Shown here: positions 8,031 to 18,576 of the stretch, piece by piece
How the letters are laid out: every line of letters starts with the position of its first letter
Numbering within the stretch: the stretch's first letter is position 1
Assembly (NCBI GenBank): GCA_035291665.1
Contig: DATDRP010000004.1
Span: 22,272 to 86,271 of the forward strand
DNA length: 64,000 bases
Source of the DNA: Patescibacteria group bacterium
GTDB lineage: Bacteria > Patescibacteriota > Microgenomatia > UBA8517
Reading direction: 5' to 3'
Made by a program: the position numbers and the translations under genes
Notes under the pieces: generated by a model
What the model was told of the DNA's origin: nothing
The model's input: the letters and a program-made list of their open reading frames with translations, nothing else
The model's database searches: none

Positions 8031-9881
8031 ATGGATATTAAATCACAAATAATAAACTCTCTTCGTAAGGTAACGGGTGAGGAAGTGATGAAACTCGATG
8101 TACCTGAAAGGGAAGAGTATGGAGAATACTCCTCAAACATAGCGATGCAAATATTTGCAGGGGTAAAAGACCCGCCTGCCGGACTGGCAGGGCAAGAGAG
8201 TGGAAGAGTGGAAGATAAGGGAAATGTCATTGTGAATCCGAGCTTGTCGGGGACGAAGCAATCTTATTATAACAACCCCCGTCAGTTAGCAGAAGAGATA
8301 GTGAATAAATTAAATAACGATAAGGAACTTCTTGAAGTTGTCGAAAAAATTGATGTTGCCGGACCGGGTTTTATCAATTTCCATCTAAAACCTGACGCTT
8401 TGACAACAATTCTACGGGGGGTTTTGGAAGAGGGAAGTGATTACGGTCGTCTTTTTGTTAATAAAAATAAAAAGCTTTCATTTGAGTTTGGTCAACCGAA
8501 TACTCATAAACTGCCCCATATCGGCCATTTGTTCTCATACATTTTGGGATCATCCCTGTCAAACATCCTGGAAGAAACGGGCTACGAAATTCGCCGCGCA
8601 AATTATCAAGGGGACATTGGTCCTCATGTGGCAAAGTGTCTATGGGCATTTCTTAAAGAAAACCCAACGGTACCAGAGGACCTGGAAGGTAAAGTTAAAT
8701 TACTCCAATTAATGTACCAGCATGGAAGTGCCGCCTATGAAAAAGGTGGTACGGAGAAAGACGAAATTGATAAATTAAATCAGGACATTTACAACAATGT
8801 ACCGGAGGTACAGGAAATTCTTACAAAAACAAGAGAGTGGAGTAAAACTTATTATAAACAATTTGAAAAAAGATTAGATATTGAATTTGATCGATATTAT
8901 TATGAATCGGAAGTCCATCAAAAAGGATATGAATTGGTTAAAAATAATATCGGTAAAGTATTTTCGGAAAGCGAAGGTGCAGTTATTTATGAAGGAAGTA
9001 AAGCCGGACTCCACGACCGGGTTTTTATCACTTCCAGGAATACTCCAACATATGAAGCAAAGGACGTTTGTCTTGAGATCCTGAAATATGAAGAATTTCC
9101 ATATGACAAACTGATTATCACAACCGCAAGTGAACAAAATGAGTATTTCAAGGTAATTTTTTCTGCTATTGAAAAAGTTATGCCCGAACTTAAAGGAAAG
9201 CTTGAACATATCGGTTTCGGAATGGTAAACCTGAAATCCGGTAAAATGGCTTCGAGAACCGGCGAAATTATCGGTGCTGTTGATCTTGTTGACATGGTCG
9301 TAGCCGAAATCAGGAAAATTGTTGAGGATCGAAAAGACCTTTCGGAAGCTGAAAAAGAAGAGATTGCCGAAAGTGTCGGAATAGGCGCTGTAAAATATTC
9401 GTTTTTGAAGAATTCACCGCTCAAAGATACGAAGTTTGACATTAAAGAGAGTATTTCCAAGGAGGGCAATTCCGGGCCATATCTGCAATATACTTATGCA
9501 AGAACGCAGAGCGTTTTGGAAAAAGCGAAAAAACCGTCTACAGCCAACAGTCTACAGATAACAGAAAAACAAAAAACTGTAGACAGTAGTCTGTCAGCTT
9601 TAAGCTTGAACGAAGAAGAATTAAATATTCTTCGTTCACTTCTTCATTTTCCCGAAGCTGTCGAGGCTTCAGCTATCAGTTATTCACCCAATTTAATATG
9701 TAATTATGTTTATGATCTGGCTCAGAAATATAATACTTTTTATAACAAGCACGATATTTTGGAGCAAAGAACAAAAGATAAAAAGGTAAGCGAATACCGA
9801 TTATCATTAACAAAGGCAGTTGGGATAGTGATTGAAAATAGCCTCAAACTGCTCGGGATAAAAACACTCCTTAAAATGTAA
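8031..9881 (+). CDS. argS: Arginine--tRNA ligase (start moved to ATG 8031)
   Basis: GEYSSNIAM, VAGPGFINF, PNTHKLPHIGH, KMASRTG, GNSGPYLQYTYAR. Confidence 0.97.
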   Translation: MDIKSQIINSLRKVTGEEVMKLDVPEREEYGEYSSNIAMQIFAGVKDPPAGLAGQESGRVEDKGNVIVNPSLSGTKQSYYNNPRQLAEEIVNKLNNDKELLEVVEKIDVAGPGFINFHLKPDALTTILRGVLEEGSDYGRLFVNKNKKLSFEFGQPNTHKLPHIGHLFSYILGSSLSNILEETGYEIRRANYQGDIGPHVAKCLWAFLKENPTVPEDLEGKVKLLQLMYQHGSAAYEKGGTEKDEIDKLNQDIYNNVPEVQEILTKTREWSKTYYKQFEKRLDIEFDRYYYESEVHQKGYELVKNNIGKVFSESEGAVIYEGSKAGLHDRVFITSRNTPTYEAKDVCLEILKYEEFPYDKLIITTASEQNEYFKVIFSAIEKVMPELKGKLEHIGFGMVNLKSGKMASRTGEIIGAVDLVDMVVAEIRKIVEDRKDLSEAEKEEIAESVGIGAVKYSFLKNSPLKDTKFDIKESISKEGNSGPYLQYTYARTQSVLEKAKKPSTANSLQITEKQKTVDSSLSALSLNEEELNILRSLLHFPEAVEASAISYSPNLICNYVYDLAQKYNTFYNKHDILEQRTKDKKVSEYRLSLTKAVGIVIENSLKLLGIKTLLKM

Positions 9882-9927
9882 TTTTGGCTCTATTGCAAAA
9901 GAAGCAAAACGAAGAACCTAATATCAA

Positions 9928-10383
9928 TTATTTTCTGCGAGCAATGAACGCATAATCGCATCTACCTACCTCGACGAAAAACGCAGTTGAGTAAAAATTG
10001 ATCTTTGGACAATTAACTTTTTCATCTGATCCGATGGAAAGAATTTTTTTCTTATCGGAATTATCAAGAGAATGTTGAGGATCAGTCAGACTAATTTTTG
10101 TAATTAAGCCCTTTTCAACAACTTCAACCTCTGCCGGATTGGAAAATACTTTTGGAAATTGCTTAGAGGTGGATTTACCGGCTTTACAGTCAATCATCCA
10201 TTCCAAAGTCCTTAAGCGGCGGTCAACAATTAAGATCGGACTGTCAAAACTGCGGGGAAATAAAACCAATTGCGAATTTGGGGGACAATCATCAATTATT
10301 CCTTGTACAAATTCTCCCTGCGGATACACCATACCCACATTTCCTTTGTAAGCAACACCGATTTTTTCTTTATTATCAATCAT
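9928..10383 (-). CDS. Hypothetical protein
   Basis: 151 aa ORF filling the gap between argS and mgtA. Confidence 0.6.
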   Translation of the reverse strand: MIDNKEKIGVAYKGNVGMVYPQGEFVQGIIDDCPPNSQLVLFPRSFDSPILIVDRRLRTLEWMIDCKAGKSTSKQFPKVFSNPAEVEVVEKGLITKISLTDPQHSLDNSDKKKILSIGSDEKVNCPKINFYSTAFFVEVGRCDYAFIARRK

Positions 10384-10714
10384 ATTGTCCTATAATACAT
10401 ATTATATTACCAGATTATATTTTTTACCAGCGGAGAGGTTTTGTGAGTTATGGGGAACGATAAGTCCTTATTTTAATTGACATCCGATGAATAACCAGTT
10501 GTTATACTATTTTATATATAATCATACATTAATATAATAATGTATTGATATAGTAATATATTTAATGATCGCAGAAAATATAGCTTTTTGATGTCTTCTT
10601 CCTTAGAACATTTTAATAAAACACTGAATTATCAACTCCTTGTTTGGATTTTTTGCTGGAGAAATACAATTTAAGACCAATGACAAATGTAAGCCATATT
10701 AATATAATGAATTA

Positions 10715-13237
10715 ATGAACCATTCGGATTATGCAAGTTTGGATATAAATCAAGTGTATGGCAAATTGAAAAGCGGTAAAGAGGGTTTGACTGCTGAAGA
10801 GGCAGCAAGGAGGATCTTAATATACGGTCCGAATGCAATAAAATCAACTCAGGTTACTTATTTCCAAATATTCTTACGGCAGCTCAAGTCTCCCTTTGTG
10901 TATCTTCTCTTTGGAGCATCGGTTATATCATTTATCCTTAAAGAATTTGTGGATTCGGGTATGATTTTGGGATTTATTCTGATCAATACAGTCCTGGGGT
11001 TCTATCAGGAATACCGCTCGGAGCAAACTATTAGATTATTGAAAAAATATCTTGTCTCAAAATTGAAGATTATTCGCGACGGCGTTGAAATTATTCTTGA
11101 TGTGACAGAACTTGTACCCGGGGATTTAATTAATTTTGAACCAGGCGATATTCTTCCCTGCGATGTGAGGTTTATTGAAACCCAAAGCATGTCGATAGAT
11201 GAATCGGTTTTAACAGGTGAGTCCTTACCGGTTGAAAAATATAGTATTGTCCAGGAAGGATTGTCAGATGATATTTATAAACTACGGAATATCGGATTCT
11301 CCGGAACAACAGTAATCGGGGGATCCGGTAAGGGGATTGTAATTGCCACAGGTGAAAAAATGGTCTATGCAAAAATTGCAGACCTCGCCGCGAAAACCAG
11401 CAAGTCCAGCTCGTTCGAAAGCGAAATAAAAAGGTTTTCTGCTTTAACTTTAAAAGTTGTTGCCACAACCCTTATTATAGTAATTGCAGTTAGCCTTGCG
11501 ATAAAAGAAAAACCCAGTATATCCGAGCTCGCCCTTTTTTCCGTTGCCCTAGCAGTTTCCGTAATTCCCGAAGCACTCCCTGTGGTTTCAACTTTTTCAC
11601 TTTCAATCGGGGCGTCGAAACTGACTAAGAAAAACGTCGTTGTCCGGCGGCTTTCTGCTGTAGAAGACTTGGGGGAAATCAAAGTCCTTTGCAGTGATAA
11701 AACAGGGACTCTTACGGAAAATAAATTGACGATTGACGAAATTTATTCACAGAAAATTAATAAGACTTTGATATTGGCATATTTGTCGTCGGTTGTATCA
11801 AAAATGTCAAGAAATTCCGGTAATATTGCTTTTGAACACGCAATCAAAGAGGAAATTGACAGGCTGCGGTTGAATGGTGAATTAAGTCTTAACAGAATCA
11901 TCAAAAGCATTCCCTTCGATCCGGTCAGAAAAAGAATGAGCAGCATGGTTTTAAACGATAAAAAATATTATATTGTCAGCAAAGGTTCGTTTGAACAAAT
12001 TAAAGATATTTGTAAAATCCCGGAAAAAGATTTGAATGGTTTTGAAAAATGGTTAGCCGAGAAAGGGAAAGAGGGAAGAAGGGTGCTGGCAGTTTGCTCG
12101 AAGGCTGTGCCATCAAAGAATGCTGATATATCCAAATCCGAAAAAGAGATGGAATTTATCGGAATGATTTCTTTCATCGACCCGATAAAACCCTCTGCAC
12201 ATCTGGCAATTGCCAAAGCCAAGGAATTGGGTGTTTTGGTTAAGATCTTAACCGGCGATACAAAAGAAGTTGCGTATGATGTTGCGAAAAAAATCAATCT
12301 GATTGAGACAGAGAATGAGGTGATCACCGGTGAAGAGTTTTCAAAACTGAATATCGATGAAAAACACAAAGCGGTTGTGGATTACCAAGTCTTTGCGAGA
12401 GTTTTGCCTGAGCAAAAGTACGAAATAATAAATTTATTGAAAGAAAAATATTTCGTCGGTTTTTTGGGGGAGGGAATTAATGATGCCCCAGCCCTTAAGG
12501 CGTCTAATGTGGCAATCGTCGTTCAGGGTGCGGCTGATGTGGCCAAGGAGTCGTCCGATATTGTACTTCTCAAAAAAGGTTTGGAAGTAATCATGGATGG
12601 TATCGAGGAGGGCAGAAAAGTTTTTATTAATACATCAAAGTATATAACTTCGACGATGACATCGAATTTTGGAAATTTCTTTGCGGTTGCTTTCGTTTCT
12701 CTTTTTATAGATTTTTTACCGATGCTTCCTTTACAATTACTTCTCCTGAACTTGCTATCGGATTTTCCAATGATTTTTGTAGCTACTGATAATGTGGACC
12801 CCGAGCTTCTGAAATACCCCATGAAGTACGATCTGAAGTCGTTTCTTCTGATATCGCTACTTTTGGGAGCTATTTCGACTGCATTTGATTTTATTTACTT
12901 TGCCAGCTTCCTTCCGTTCGGGGCAAAGACTCTCCAAACGTCTTGGTTCATCGGAAGTGTACTAACCGAAATACTTTTTATTTATTCCATAAGAAGCAGA
13001 AGGTTTCTCTTAAAAGCAAAACCGGCGTCGGGATTGTTGATCCTTTTATCCGTGATTGCGATAGGATTTACTTTTGGGATTCCATATACAAACTTGGGGG
13101 ATAAAGTATTTGGATTTATAAAACCCGATTTTGTACAGGTTACGAGAATCGTAGTGATCGCAGGAATATATTTGATTCTGACTGAAGCCGCGAAACTAAC
13201 TTTTTTCAAGTATTCTTCCAGTAAAGTTACTTCCTGA
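10715..13237 (+). CDS. mgtA: P-type ATPase, Mg2+-transporting MgtA-like
   Basis: DESVLTGES, PEAL, CSDKTGTLT, PFDPVRKRMS, SNFGNFF and PMLPLQLLLLNLLSD (P3B-like); hinge reads GEGIND. Confidence 0.85.
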   Translation: MNHSDYASLDINQVYGKLKSGKEGLTAEEAARRILIYGPNAIKSTQVTYFQIFLRQLKSPFVYLLFGASVISFILKEFVDSGMILGFILINTVLGFYQEYRSEQTIRLLKKYLVSKLKIIRDGVEIILDVTELVPGDLINFEPGDILPCDVRFIETQSMSIDESVLTGESLPVEKYSIVQEGLSDDIYKLRNIGFSGTTVIGGSGKGIVIATGEKMVYAKIADLAAKTSKSSSFESEIKRFSALTLKVVATTLIIVIAVSLAIKEKPSISELALFSVALAVSVIPEALPVVSTFSLSIGASKLTKKNVVVRRLSAVEDLGEIKVLCSDKTGTLTENKLTIDEIYSQKINKTLILAYLSSVVSKMSRNSGNIAFEHAIKEEIDRLRLNGELSLNRIIKSIPFDPVRKRMSSMVLNDKKYYIVSKGSFEQIKDICKIPEKDLNGFEKWLAEKGKEGRRVLAVCSKAVPSKNADISKSEKEMEFIGMISFIDPIKPSAHLAIAKAKELGVLVKILTGDTKEVAYDVAKKINLIETENEVITGEEFSKLNIDEKHKAVVDYQVFARVLPEQKYEIINLLKEKYFVGFLGEGINDAPALKASNVAIVVQGAADVAKESSDIVLLKKGLEVIMDGIEEGRKVFINTSKYITSTMTSNFGNFFAVAFVSLFIDFLPMLPLQLLLLNLLSDFPMIFVATDNVDPELLKYPMKYDLKSFLLISLLLGAISTAFDFIYFASFLPFGAKTLQTSWFIGSVLTEILFIYSIRSRRFLLKAKPASGLLILLSVIAIGFTFGIPYTNLGDKVFGFIKPDFVQVTRIVVIAGIYLILTEAAKLTFFKYSSSKVTS

Positions 13238-13240
13238 AGA

Positions 13241-13268
13241 CTTCACCGGTAGTTGCGACCGGGTGAAG
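13241..13268 (+). other. GC-rich hairpin after mgtA (possible terminator or IS-end remnant)
   Basis: CTTCACCGGT...ACCGGGTGAAG inverted repeat; no clear U tract. Confidence 0.4.
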
Positions 13269-13360
13269 CAGTGTCAGCAGTTTAAACATAAACTCCCTGT
13301 CAAAATATCTTTGTAAACTGTCCTACAGAAAATTATTACATTTATGTTAAAATAATTGGT

Positions 13361-13660
13361 ATGGAAAAGAATTTCTCAAGCTGGAGAGAAGCAAAAAAAG
13401 GTCTTCAACCTGTATTGGAAAGTTTGCATTTATCGGCAAAAGTAGAAGCAAGAATTGCCAACGGCGGTTCCTACTTAGTCCCCGGTGAAGACGGTAAACT
13501 GACAGTAGTTTTTGACAATGTTGCAACTGAAGAACAAAAAAGAAAAGCTTTGTATCACATAAAAGGTTTGGCTAACACATCTACTCAGCTTTCGCATGCA
13601 TTATTACAAAGAATTGACACACGGGAAGGCAGGGGTGCACATGGTGGTGGCAGGTCCTAA
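13361..13660 (+). CDS. Hypothetical protein
   Basis: 99 aa ORF; TAAAAT about 7 nt before the ATG. Confidence 0.65.
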   Translation: MEKNFSSWREAKKGLQPVLESLHLSAKVEARIANGGSYLVPGEDGKLTVVFDNVATEEQKRKALYHIKGLANTSTQLSHALLQRIDTREGRGAHGGGRS

Positions 13661-13825
13661 TCCCTTTAATATTAGCTTCAAATAACCTCTTTTTCCGTAC
13701 AACCACTCTGCGACGGGACACTCTTAACCCCGTACTTTTGAGACCTCATGAGAGCCATATTGACCTAAATTACATCATATTGTTTGAAAGTTGTTAACAG
13801 AGGATATTTATCCTATAATACAAGT

Positions 13826-14239
13826 ATGAATTATTTTGGTTCAGAAAGCGGCTGCTTGCATGGGGGTGAAGTATGTCTTCATAAATACAAGATACCTGTA
13901 GTGAGGGAAGGAGAAGGTGCTTGTCCCTTGGGTTTAGTACTACATACTAATAGCACAGCCCAAATACAAGGAAGATGTCTTTGTGTCAACCTTGAAGGTA
14001 AAGTAAGAGATCCTTATACGGAAATGGAAGTATTTTATGTACAGGGCAGAGAAAGACCATTGGCCGAATGCCACTTCAAGAATAAAGGAAAATATTGTAC
14101 CGGGATCTCGAATGGCGGACGGGAAAGAGAGGAAAACAAAGTACCCGCTCCACAAAAAAAGCAAAATAATGAAGAGCTTATCCCGTTTGATGGCACAATA
14201 TTTGATGTAAAGAGGGTGCCTAATAAGATAAGAATTTAA
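13826..14239 (+). CDS. Cys-rich hypothetical protein (start moved to ATG 13826)
   Basis: TATAAT 6 nt before the ATG; seven Cys. Confidence 0.6.
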   Translation: MNYFGSESGCLHGGEVCLHKYKIPVVREGEGACPLGLVLHTNSTAQIQGRCLCVNLEGKVRDPYTEMEVFYVQGRERPLAECHFKNKGKYCTGISNGGREREENKVPAPQKKQNNEELIPFDGTIFDVKRVPNKIRI

Positions 14240-14241
14240 TT

Positions 14242-14775
14242 ATGGCAGATGGAAAAGACAGAAAAATATTTTGGAATGAATATTGTAAAAGTTATTGTCG
14301 ATATTCAATAGATGCTAATGACGATGAATTAAAAATACCTGATTCTGCGGAAGTTGGTTCTGGGATCAGGCTCGATTGTCGATATACAGGCAAAAGAGTG
14401 TTGTTGACAGTACAACGAGCAACCCATGGTGGAAGGATCTTAGGATGTAATGTTTCTGAAAACGAATGCCGTAAGGCTGTAAAAGATAATAAAAAAGCAT
14501 ATACAGGCGTTAGTTTTGTACCGAACCATTCCTATTTTCCAGGAAAAGTAACGGATCAACCATCCTCAGAACCGATCAGTTTCTATCCGGGATTATTTGA
14601 AAAATCAAGTGAGGAAGAAACAACACATGACCAGGCGAGACTGAATTACGAAAAACTTGCGAAAGCTAGAAAAATACTTCACGGTAAACTTGGAAGATAT
14701 GAAACAGTAGAACTTGAGAATGGTGATGTGGTGATTAGAGATTCAAGAAATAATACTTTTCGTACATACAGTTAG
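14242..14775 (+). CDS. Hypothetical protein with Cys pairs
   Basis: 177 aa ORF starting 2 nt after the previous stop. Confidence 0.65.
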   Translation: MADGKDRKIFWNEYCKSYCRYSIDANDDELKIPDSAEVGSGIRLDCRYTGKRVLLTVQRATHGGRILGCNVSENECRKAVKDNKKAYTGVSFVPNHSYFPGKVTDQPSSEPISFYPGLFEKSSEEETTHDQARLNYEKLAKARKILHGKLGRYETVELENGDVVIRDSRNNTFRTYS

Positions 14776-14779
14776 TTTT

Positions 14780-15454
14780 TCAGGGATTAAAATCTTTTTT
14801 CTCTTGTATCGGTCCGAGATCTTCTCTCATCGCAATTACGGGATTGATCATTGTATGTTTACCGTACCTGATATCGTTGAAAACCAACGCTGTTACACCA
14901 ATTCCGACTATAATACCAAACCATTGTGCATAGCTCCTCTCATCAGCCGGCATCGATAAAACCTTTGGCAAATCATACATCCACACAAACCCAAGCACAT
15001 TCCATATATCTTTTAATGCCTGAACATTTCTAATCGATTTGTCTCTCACGTCAGATCTTTTTTGAAAGTAAGCAACATCGATGGTTTTTAGAAGCGCCAT
15101 ACCATATGCAAAATACTGTACTAAATCACCCGAGGATGTAACTTGTACGTTTTGAAGCACATTGGACGCGATTTCAGCAACCTTGTGTGTTTTTTGCTGC
15201 CAATCAGGATTTAATAAGTTAGGATCATTCAAAACATTAACTACGATTCTTGAACCGATTTCAATTATCTCTCTGCCTCCATCGGTAGCGATTGCGCCTG
15301 CAATAGTTAATAGAGCACCGGTGGTATTCGGTCCCTTTTTTTCCACAGGCGGAGGGGTTTTATAAGGTTTACCATCGATAGTCGTTATCTCAGGGACAAT
15401 TGGAGGGGTTGCCCTTTTTGATTTTCTCGTAAGAAATCTTTCAATCATAGTCAA
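14780..15454 (-). CDS. Hypothetical membrane protein
   Basis: 224 aa; hydrophobic segments such as WFGIIVGIGVTALVF. Confidence 0.65.
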   Translation of the reverse strand: MTMIERFLTRKSKRATPPIVPEITTIDGKPYKTPPPVEKKGPNTTGALLTIAGAIATDGGREIIEIGSRIVVNVLNDPNLLNPDWQQKTHKVAEIASNVLQNVQVTSSGDLVQYFAYGMALLKTIDVAYFQKRSDVRDKSIRNVQALKDIWNVLGFVWMYDLPKVLSMPADERSYAQWFGIIVGIGVTALVFNDIRYGKHTMINPVIAMREDLGPIQEKKDFNP

Positions 15455-15521
15455 AATTTGAATAATGAATATTTTATCCTATAAGGTTGTCTAACTCAAT
15501 ATTTATTGTATAATTGCGGAT

Positions 15522-16241
15522 ATGGGAAGAAAAGAAGATTTAAATGTCTTATCGAAATTTTATCGGGAAGGATCAACTATTCATCCGGCATTTGTTGAAC
15601 TATCAAGATTGAAGTTAGTGAGAGAACAGGACGATTTATCTTTTAATTTGTGTCCAAGTTGTCCCCATTTATGCCCGGGAAGTAAACTTAAAAATCCACC
15701 GTTTCCCGATTGTCAAGAATGTAAGCTTCCGGTTAATACAGACCGAAATTTCCTGGAACTTGTGAAACTGATTTTTAACAAAGCGAGAATTGTAAGTACC
15801 GAAAAAATTAAAGATTCTGATCCGTCACTTCCTTCAGGATCTGCGATAAATGCGGTTCGCACTGTTATCGACGTTCCGGGCAGCACTAATCACATACCCC
15901 ATATCGGGACCATAAGTATTACACATTATTATGACCAGCAGGTCCAATTTGGTATGTATGAGATTAAAACAGATTCCGATAAAGATCAAACACTTTTTCC
16001 AAGTACAGTAGTCAGAAAGAAAGTCGATATTAATAAAGAACAGTGGCAAAGAATCCGGAACAATCAAAGAAAGGGATCACCAACAGATGTGGCAGTAGAA
16101 TTGAATGTAGAATTACCTCCCAATCCAACATCTAAAATTTTGAAGGGTTTGAAAGAGGAAAGTAAGAAAAGGGGTAGAGGTATTACAGCGAATGAGTCTG
16201 AAGAGAGCTTACTAGATAAGATATTTGGCAAGAAAAAATAA
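15522..16241 (+). CDS. Hypothetical protein with putative metal-binding Cys cluster
   Basis: CPSCPHLC...CQEC; TATAAT 7 nt before the ATG. Confidence 0.7.
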   Translation: MGRKEDLNVLSKFYREGSTIHPAFVELSRLKLVREQDDLSFNLCPSCPHLCPGSKLKNPPFPDCQECKLPVNTDRNFLELVKLIFNKARIVSTEKIKDSDPSLPSGSAINAVRTVIDVPGSTNHIPHIGTISITHYYDQQVQFGMYEIKTDSDKDQTLFPSTVVRKKVDINKEQWQRIRNNQRKGSPTDVAVELNVELPPNPTSKILKGLKEESKKRGRGITANESEESLLDKIFGKKK

Positions 16242-16326
16242 ACCCTCTAAATTTATTTCCGCGCTATAAGAGATTGGGGGAAATGAGCTTAAAGAGTATA
16301 CTTTTAAATCAAATTTTATGGATTTA

Positions 16327-17154
16327 TTACTTTTTTTGTGTTGATTGCTGCCATTCCCGATATTCTCTTGGGAATTTTCTAATAATAAATTCTCGATTAG
16401 CCGGATTGCCACCGATAGCCATCCGAATAATATCGTTATCTGGGTAATTAATATTTACCAATGCTTGCATACCTGCATTTACATCACCTTTCTCAAATAA
16501 TTTCTTGGCTTTTACTGTGGTTTCCTGCCTTCTTATTTCATCGCCGGATTTATTACTCTCATGTAAATTTATGATAGGTTTTGCAACTATCTCGCCTCCT
16601 TGTTGAGCTTTTTCAACGAAAAAACCCATTACCCCATCGATAAATTGTTTACCACTGGTCTCGTGTGCCGCTAATCCTAATGCCACAATTACATGGGCGG
16701 TTCTTAAATTAAGCGAACCATCATTTATTGAAAACCAAGTTTTCCAATCGAAAAGAGGCTTTTCACCTGCCAAATTACCATTGATAGCATGATAAACAAC
16801 TTCCCCTGATAAAATTTTTAAGCCTGTTGAGAAAATTTTTTTTGGTACATTTCTGTCCGGATCTTTTTCCACAAGTTCCTCCAAACCGAATATTGCACCT
16901 GTTATGTGACCTTTCATTACTGCCCAATCAGCATTGGAATTTGGATCTGGGGACTGACCTGTACAGGCTACGAGGGTGAGAGGCAATAATAGAGCTGCCG
17001 TTTTAATATAACCCCGGTTATCTTCGACAACATCCTTTAATATCTGTCGAGTAGATAATCCCGGTATTTTTTCTCCGTTCAATCCAAACGGATCGTCGGG
17101 ATGACCCAATTGAACGGTTTGGTCCGGAGTTATATTTGAAAATCTTTCTGGCAT
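16327..17154 (-). CDS. Hypothetical membrane-associated protein
   Basis: 275 aa; internal lipobox-like LLLPLTLVAC; TATAAT 6 nt before the ATG. Confidence 0.7.
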   Translation of the reverse strand: MPERFSNITPDQTVQLGHPDDPFGLNGEKIPGLSTRQILKDVVEDNRGYIKTAALLLPLTLVACTGQSPDPNSNADWAVMKGHITGAIFGLEELVEKDPDRNVPKKIFSTGLKILSGEVVYHAINGNLAGEKPLFDWKTWFSINDGSLNLRTAHVIVALGLAAHETSGKQFIDGVMGFFVEKAQQGGEIVAKPIINLHESNKSGDEIRRQETTVKAKKLFEKGDVNAGMQALVNINYPDNDIIRMAIGGNPANREFIIRKFPREYREWQQSTQKK

Positions 17155-17273
17155 GAGATTATTATAAATTATAGGTCTTTTGTAGTCAATTATAATTGAA
17201 AAAACAGTTATGTAAAGAATTGATGATTAATAATATTTGAGAGCTTTTGAGAATGTTTAAGCGTGTATTATTG

Positions 17274-17302
17274 TTGACTTAATTAACTTAATATTATATA
17301 TT
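17274..17302 (+). promoter_or_regulatory. Putative sigma70 promoter
   Basis: TTGACT-17 nt-TATATT, 10 nt upstream of ATG 17313. Confidence 0.5.
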
Positions 17303-17312
17303 ACTTTATATT

Positions 17313-18503
17313 ATGGGATTGGAATCATTAATAAATAAATTTAGAAAACAAAAACCGATTACACCCCAGCAAAGTCTGGCTCTTAAACAGCGACAAGAGA
17401 TAGCAGGTTCAATTAGAGGTGAAATCGTAAATCACACAAGGGGTCGGTTGGCCGATGCAGAACCACAGGCATTGCAAATGGGTTATCCAAATGCTTCATT
17501 GATGCAAGATACTAATGTCTGGTACGCAAGACAACTTGGAGAGATGGGTGTAGGTACAAAACTTCCCCTGATTGAAATAAAGGGGTCTTATTTTATCGGA
17601 TTAATTGAAACCGTTCTTGATCAAATGATAGAAGGTGGAAACATTATGATTCCTCTTGCGGAAACTTCTTCAAGAATTGCTGCAATTGTAAAAGAGGAAG
17701 ATCCGTATAAAAGAGCCGAAGCAGCTTTTGATATATGTAACGATGTCGTCAAGGGTCGTAATAAACGAAAAGCAAAAAATGGTTTGGAGAAATTGACCAA
17801 ATTGAATATCTATGAGCCCTTTATTGATGCCTTGAGTGAAATAGGTTCAAGAAAAGATGTAGTTTTGGATAGTATAATTGGTCTTCAGGATGCTACAAAA
17901 ATCACTGAAGCAAGTGTACACAGCATTCACGACAGTTTGTTATCCAAAAAGAATCAGTTGGAAAATAGTGTTAAAGTATATGATTCTAAAGTAGGAGTAC
18001 AGGATAATTTAATGAGAATAAAAGATGAAGCGTATGGTGCGGTTTCGGAAATGCTGGATAGGATATCCAAAGGTGAAAAAGTTGGTGACGAATTGCCCAG
18101 GCGTGCCAATGCTGCCATAGCAGAGTTAGCTAATGAATTAGATAACGGATTAGATTCAAATAAAGCTGCACAACAGACTGTTCGACAAGCAGGGAATAGA
18201 CAAGTAGATGCGATGGCGGCGGATACTGTTTTAGGTATTGATAGAGCAACCAGAATTAGTCTTGAAACAACATCGATACTAGGTGTAAGTTGTCCAATGA
18301 CTGGTTTAAAAATGGTATCTGATGCAGATACAGCTGTATCTTGGATGGCTTTGAAGATTGGTGTGGCACTTGTTCGACGCATGAACATACCTATTGATCC
18401 TTCCGGATTGAGTGATCAAAATGTTATGAATGCTATTCAACGCGAATGGGAAAGTACTAAGGGTTACCTTACATCAGGTTCGAAACAAAGCAACCAAGCT
18501 TAA
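17313..18503 (+). CDS. Hypothetical helical protein
   Basis: 396 aa ORF of helical composition; no motif recognised. Confidence 0.75.
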   Translation: MGLESLINKFRKQKPITPQQSLALKQRQEIAGSIRGEIVNHTRGRLADAEPQALQMGYPNASLMQDTNVWYARQLGEMGVGTKLPLIEIKGSYFIGLIETVLDQMIEGGNIMIPLAETSSRIAAIVKEEDPYKRAEAAFDICNDVVKGRNKRKAKNGLEKLTKLNIYEPFIDALSEIGSRKDVVLDSIIGLQDATKITEASVHSIHDSLLSKKNQLENSVKVYDSKVGVQDNLMRIKDEAYGAVSEMLDRISKGEKVGDELPRRANAAIAELANELDNGLDSNKAAQQTVRQAGNRQVDAMAADTVLGIDRATRISLETTSILGVSCPMTGLKMVSDADTAVSWMALKIGVALVRRMNIPIDPSGLSDQNVMNAIQREWESTKGYLTSGSKQSNQA

Positions 18504-18576
18504 TAGGTAAATTCAGAAATTTTCAAATACAATCAATTTTTTAAAGATTTGAATATTATTTTTTTAAATAATAAAA

